From Pseudomonadota bacterium (lineage in GTDB: Bacteria > Bdellovibrionota_G > JALEGL01 > DATDPG01): 27,969 bases of DNA. Positions 24,850-27,969 of this stretch are shown piece by piece. The stretch spans positions 1 through 27,969 of the forward strand of contig JAZDIZ010000025.1 in the NCBI GenBank assembly GCA_043804515.1, in the 5' to 3' direction. How positions within the stretch are numbered: position 1 is the stretch's first letter; each line of letters opens with the position of its first letter. Both the position numbers and the translations under genes were made by a program. Under the pieces are notes generated by a model. The model was not told the origin of the DNA. It made no database searches and worked only from the letters and a program-made list of their open reading frames with translations.

Positions 24850-26291
24850 TTCCGTTGGGAGGAAGCCCAGGCACCCACGATCGTTCCGGCCCGAACGGTG
24901 GCCTCGGAATAATGCCCCTCCATTTTCTTTGCCGCCGCGGCCACCGATGGATGGCCCAGGCTCCAAAGAGAATAAAGCGCGTTCACGCGGGTTTCCTCGT
25001 CCTCGTCGTCGACCAGCTTCAGGAGAACCCCCCGGGAATCCCGCGTCGGCAGCTTCTGGAGGATGAAGGCCGCTTGGCGCCGGACGTGCGGATCCTCGGA
25101 CACCGCGAGGGCGGTCAAGTGCAGCTGGGCGACTCTATCGCCCTTCAACCCGGGATGAAATGCGAGGAGCGTGGCAAAATGGGGTTTCCCTTTTTCGATC
25201 CCTTCGAGCAAAGCCGGTATCAAAGCTTTGGAATTCATTTTTCTGAGGATGTGCGCGGCCGTGAGCTGGACGCTGAACACCTCGTCCCGTTCCACCAACC
25301 GAAGGAGCGCATCCTCCGCGCGTGAGCTTCCCGTAGTCCCTATAGCTCGGACAAGCTCCTGCCTCACCTCGGGCTCTTCGTCCCGAAGCGCTTCGGCCAG
25401 TTGCGGGAACGTGTCGGGATCGGCCAGCCGTCCCAGGCTCTCCGCGCTCTTTTGGCGAATCAACGGATCCGAATCCTTAAGCCCCGTCAAAAGCCAACCC
25501 ACCTCTCGCTTGAGCTTCAGTTTTTGCTCCAGACCGCTTCGCGGCGCCGCCACCGCGGGCCCCTTCGGTGGCTTTTTCCCCGGCGCGGCCTTCTTCTTCC
25601 GGCGAAGGCTGAGATCCACGACGCGTTCCCCACGCCGATTTTTCCGTTCCGTCAGGTTTCCCCACCGCCGAAAATCGGATTCGCTGTTGTAAAAGAACGG
25701 CGTCAGGCCGTTGTTGGAGGCATAGCTCAAGAACTCGATGTAGTTTCCCACGAGCCTTTCGATGGAGAATTTCGGGCTCGGCTTTTCGGTGAACTTTTGA
25801 GAAATTTCCAGAAGGTCCTTGAGGCGCAGCTCCCGAAGGGCCCTGGTGACACCGATGTAGTCGCGGGTTTCCACCAACGACCAGCTGGCTCCCACCCCGT
25901 TTTTCAGGAAACCCACGCGGCGGAGGATGGCCTTCAAGCACGTGTCGGCCAGAACGTAATCTTCCACCATCGCCAGGGAGGCGAATTGGCGGATCAGCTT
26001 GAAGTCAAACGAGAACTCGCCGGAGGGGGACGGGAAATCCTCGACGCCGGCCTTGAATCGGGCCGCCATCAATTCCACCATCGAGCGGTTTTCTCCGCCC
26101 TGCTTTAGGAAATGTTCGAGTTCGCTCAAGAGATCGAGCGCTCCCTTGTGGTAGAGAAGCGAGCGGAGGTCCACCTTCCGGCGGAATTCGTCCTCCATGA
26201 CCATTTCGAAGGCCTGTTCGACGGGAACGTCGGCCCAGAGACGGTCCGTCATCTTCTCGTCAAACGCGAGCCCGACCAATTCGATGCTCAT
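24846..26291 (-). CDS. HEAT-repeat protein with unrecognised N-terminal domain
   Basis: LKDSDPLIRQKSAESLG, LRDEEPEVRQELVRAIG and DDEDEETRVNALYSL repeats; Lys-rich linker; coupled to both neighbours by 4-nt overlaps. Confidence 0.82.
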   Translation of the reverse strand: MSIELVGLAFDEKMTDRLWADVPVEQAFEMVMEDEFRRKVDLRSLLYHKGALDLLSELEHFLKQGGENRSMVELMAARFKAGVEDFPSPSGEFSFDFKLIRQFASLAMVEDYVLADTCLKAILRRVGFLKNGVGASWSLVETRDYIGVTRALRELRLKDLLEISQKFTEKPSPKFSIERLVGNYIEFLSYASNNGLTPFFYNSESDFRRWGNLTERKNRRGERVVDLSLRRKKKAAPGKKPPKGPAVAAPRSGLEQKLKLKREVGWLLTGLKDSDPLIRQKSAESLGRLADPDTFPQLAEALRDEEPEVRQELVRAIGTTGSSRAEDALLRLVERDEVFSVQLTAAHILRKMNSKALIPALLEGIEKGKPHFATLLAFHPGLKGDRVAQLHLTALAVSEDPHVRRQAAFILQKLPTRDSRGVLLKLVDDEDEETRVNALYSLWSLGHPSVAAAAKKMEGHYSEATVRAGTIVGAWASSQRK

Positions 26292-26752
26292 CTCGCCTCA
26301 CTCCAACGTTTCAAAAGCGCGCGGCCACGGTCCCCGAAACCCTCCCCCGAAAGCTTCCGTCCCGTGCTCCCGCTCATCTCGAAGCGGATCTCCAAGCGGT
26401 CGGACGCCCAAATCCGGGGGAACAGGTCGAACCACTCGATCGCGGCCACCCCTTCGCCCCCTAGCATCTCCTCAATCCCGGTTTCCGCCAAATGCTTTTC
26501 GTTCTCAATCCGGTACAGGTCCAGATGATACAAGGGGGTCTTCCCGTCGTACACGTGAGCGTAGACGAACGTGGGGCTTGTGACCTCGAACTCGGAGCCG
26601 ACTCCCATCCCGCGGCTCAAACCTTTCGCGAACACGGTTTTCCCCGCTCCCAAAGGCCCGATGAGGGCAATCACGTCGCCGGCTAATACCTGTTTGCCGA
26701 GACGCTCGGCGATTCGGATCGTGTCTTCAACGGAATCAAGTTCAACTTGCAC
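26288..26752 (-). CDS. tsaE: tRNA t6A biosynthesis ATPase TsaE
   Basis: GPLGAGKT, VTSPTF, HLDLYRI and AIEW. Confidence 0.96.
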   Translation of the reverse strand: MQVELDSVEDTIRIAERLGKQVLAGDVIALIGPLGAGKTVFAKGLSRGMGVGSEFEVTSPTFVYAHVYDGKTPLYHLDLYRIENEKHLAETGIEEMLGGEGVAAIEWFDLFPRIWASDRLEIRFEMSGSTGRKLSGEGFGDRGRALLKRWSEAR

Positions 26753-26754
26753 GG

Positions 26755-27969
26755 CTACGCCAGGACTCTGGGAAGTTCTTCGATCAAATCCCCCGCCAGA
26801 ATGCCCCTGGGACCTTTTGCGGCGGCGACCCGGTCTCCGGCGAGGCCGTGGAAAAAGGTGCCCGCCACGGCCGCCTTCTCCCGGGAGATTCCCTGCGCCA
26901 GAAGCGCGCCCAGAAGTCCGGTCAGAACGTCCCCCATCCCGGCCGTGGCCATCGCGGGGTTCCCGGTGGGATTCAGCCAGGTTTCACCGGATGGAAGGGC
27001 CACAACGGAAAACGCGCCTTTCAGGATCACGACGGCGTCCAGACGATCCGCCAACCGCGCTGCAACTTCGATCCGGTCGCGTTGAACCCCGGCGGTCGTG
27101 GAGCCCGTCAACCGCGCCATTTCCCCCGGATGCGGTGTCAGAATCGACCGGCCCAGGGCTTTCTTTTCCCTGCAGATTCCCGTTCCGAATGTATTGAGGC
27201 CGTCCGCGTCCAGAACCACGGGAAGATCCGTTTCTTTGAGCAACGATGAAAGAAGCTTCGTAAGCCCGGGATGCGGAATCAATCCGGGACCCGCCAGAAG
27301 AACCGTCTTGCCCGAAAGAGCCGCCCGGAGCGCGGGCAGGGCCGATGGTCCCAGTTTTCCGTTTCCGTCATCGGGCAGTTTGAGCGTCATCACTTCAACC
27401 ACCTGTTTCTTGACGATGTCGTGGGCGCTCTCGGGCACGGCGAGCGTGACGAGCCCGGAGCCGCCGCGCAACGCCGACCTCGCCGCCAGAACCGCGGCAC
27501 CTGATTTCCCGGGAGACCCGGCCACGATCAAAACGTGGCCGTACGATCCCTTATGGCCCGTCCGCTCGCGCGGCGGGAGAATCCCCGTTACGTCTTCCCG
27601 TTGGGTTTCGAAAAGCCGCAAGGCTTTCACTTGATCCGCCCAAGCCTCGTCCAACGACAGATCCGCCACCAGGAGATCTCCGGCAAGCCCGGGCCCGTCC
27701 CCCACGAAAAACCCGCGTTTCTTGAACCCCAGCGTGACCGTGACGGTGGCTTGAACCGCCGTTCCCAGGACCGCGCCGGTGTCCGTGTGAAGGCCCGAGG
27801 GGAGATCCACGGCATAAACCGGCCGGCGCAATGAATTGATCCGGTTCACCACATCGGAATGAGGCGATTTGAGCGGCCTCTCGAGGCCGGTTCCGAAAAG
27901 CGCATCCACGACAAAATCCCAACCCCCGGCCGGCGCGGAAAGCTCCTTCACGTTCTTCGGGTTTAGGAT
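26755..27969 (-). CDS. nnr: Bifunctional NAD(P)H-hydrate epimerase/dehydratase, 5' end outside the window
   Basis: VDALFGTG, AVDLPSG, HKGSYG, LDADGLN, LTPHPGE and ATAGMGDVL; the frame stays open to the window edge. Confidence 0.95.
   Translation of the reverse strand: MLNPKNVKELSAPAGGWDFVVDALFGTGLERPLKSPHSDVVNRINSLRRPVYAVDLPSGLHTDTGAVLGTAVQATVTVTLGFKKRGFFVGDGPGLAGDLLVADLSLDEAWADQVKALRLFETQREDVTGILPPRERTGHKGSYGHVLIVAGSPGKSGAAVLAARSALRGGSGLVTLAVPESAHDIVKKQVVEVMTLKLPDDGNGKLGPSALPALRAALSGKTVLLAGPGLIPHPGLTKLLSSLLKETDLPVVLDADGLNTFGTGICREKKALGRSILTPHPGEMARLTGSTTAGVQRDRIEVAARLADRLDAVVILKGAFSVVALPSGETWLNPTGNPAMATAGMGDVLTGLLGALLAQGISREKAAVAGTFFHGLAGDRVAAAKGPRGILAGDLIEELPRVLA

Noticed and set aside
1..27969. 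CRISPR array, transposase, integrase or defence operon
   Set aside because: No regularly spaced repeats and no such protein motifs were found in the translated frames.

Overview
High-GC bacterial chromosomal window, mostly housekeeping genes. The gene order (nnr-tsaE...lysC...comEA; mtaB-rnc-der) and a PEGA-tailed Ser/Thr kinase suggest a deltaproteobacterial-type lineage such as Myxococcota or Bdellovibrionota (inference). Recognisable genes are comEC (truncated, absent from the ORF track), uvrC, yjbQ, a membrane Ser/Thr kinase, a PEGA protein, tRNA-Val(CAC), an alpha/beta hydrolase, acyP, rng, rsmI, a CPBP protease, pepA, der, rnc, mtaB, nadD, comEA, lysC, tsaE and nnr (truncated). The unexplained content is mainly non-coding. 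(1) Downstream of tRNA-Val lie a direct and an inverted copy of the tRNA 3' end that could fold into a 163-nt RNA with a 12-bp terminal helix and 3'-ACCA. (2) Several intergenic segments look like structured RNAs, one with its own promoter and terminator. (3) There are two ERIC-like miniature elements. Protein-level unknowns include an operon of three coupled Cys-containing lipoproteins, a 36-aa basic peptide and a sigma54-promoted lipoprotein with a fibre-like motif. No CRISPR array, integrase or transposase was seen. All assignments come from reading motifs by eye; no searches were run.
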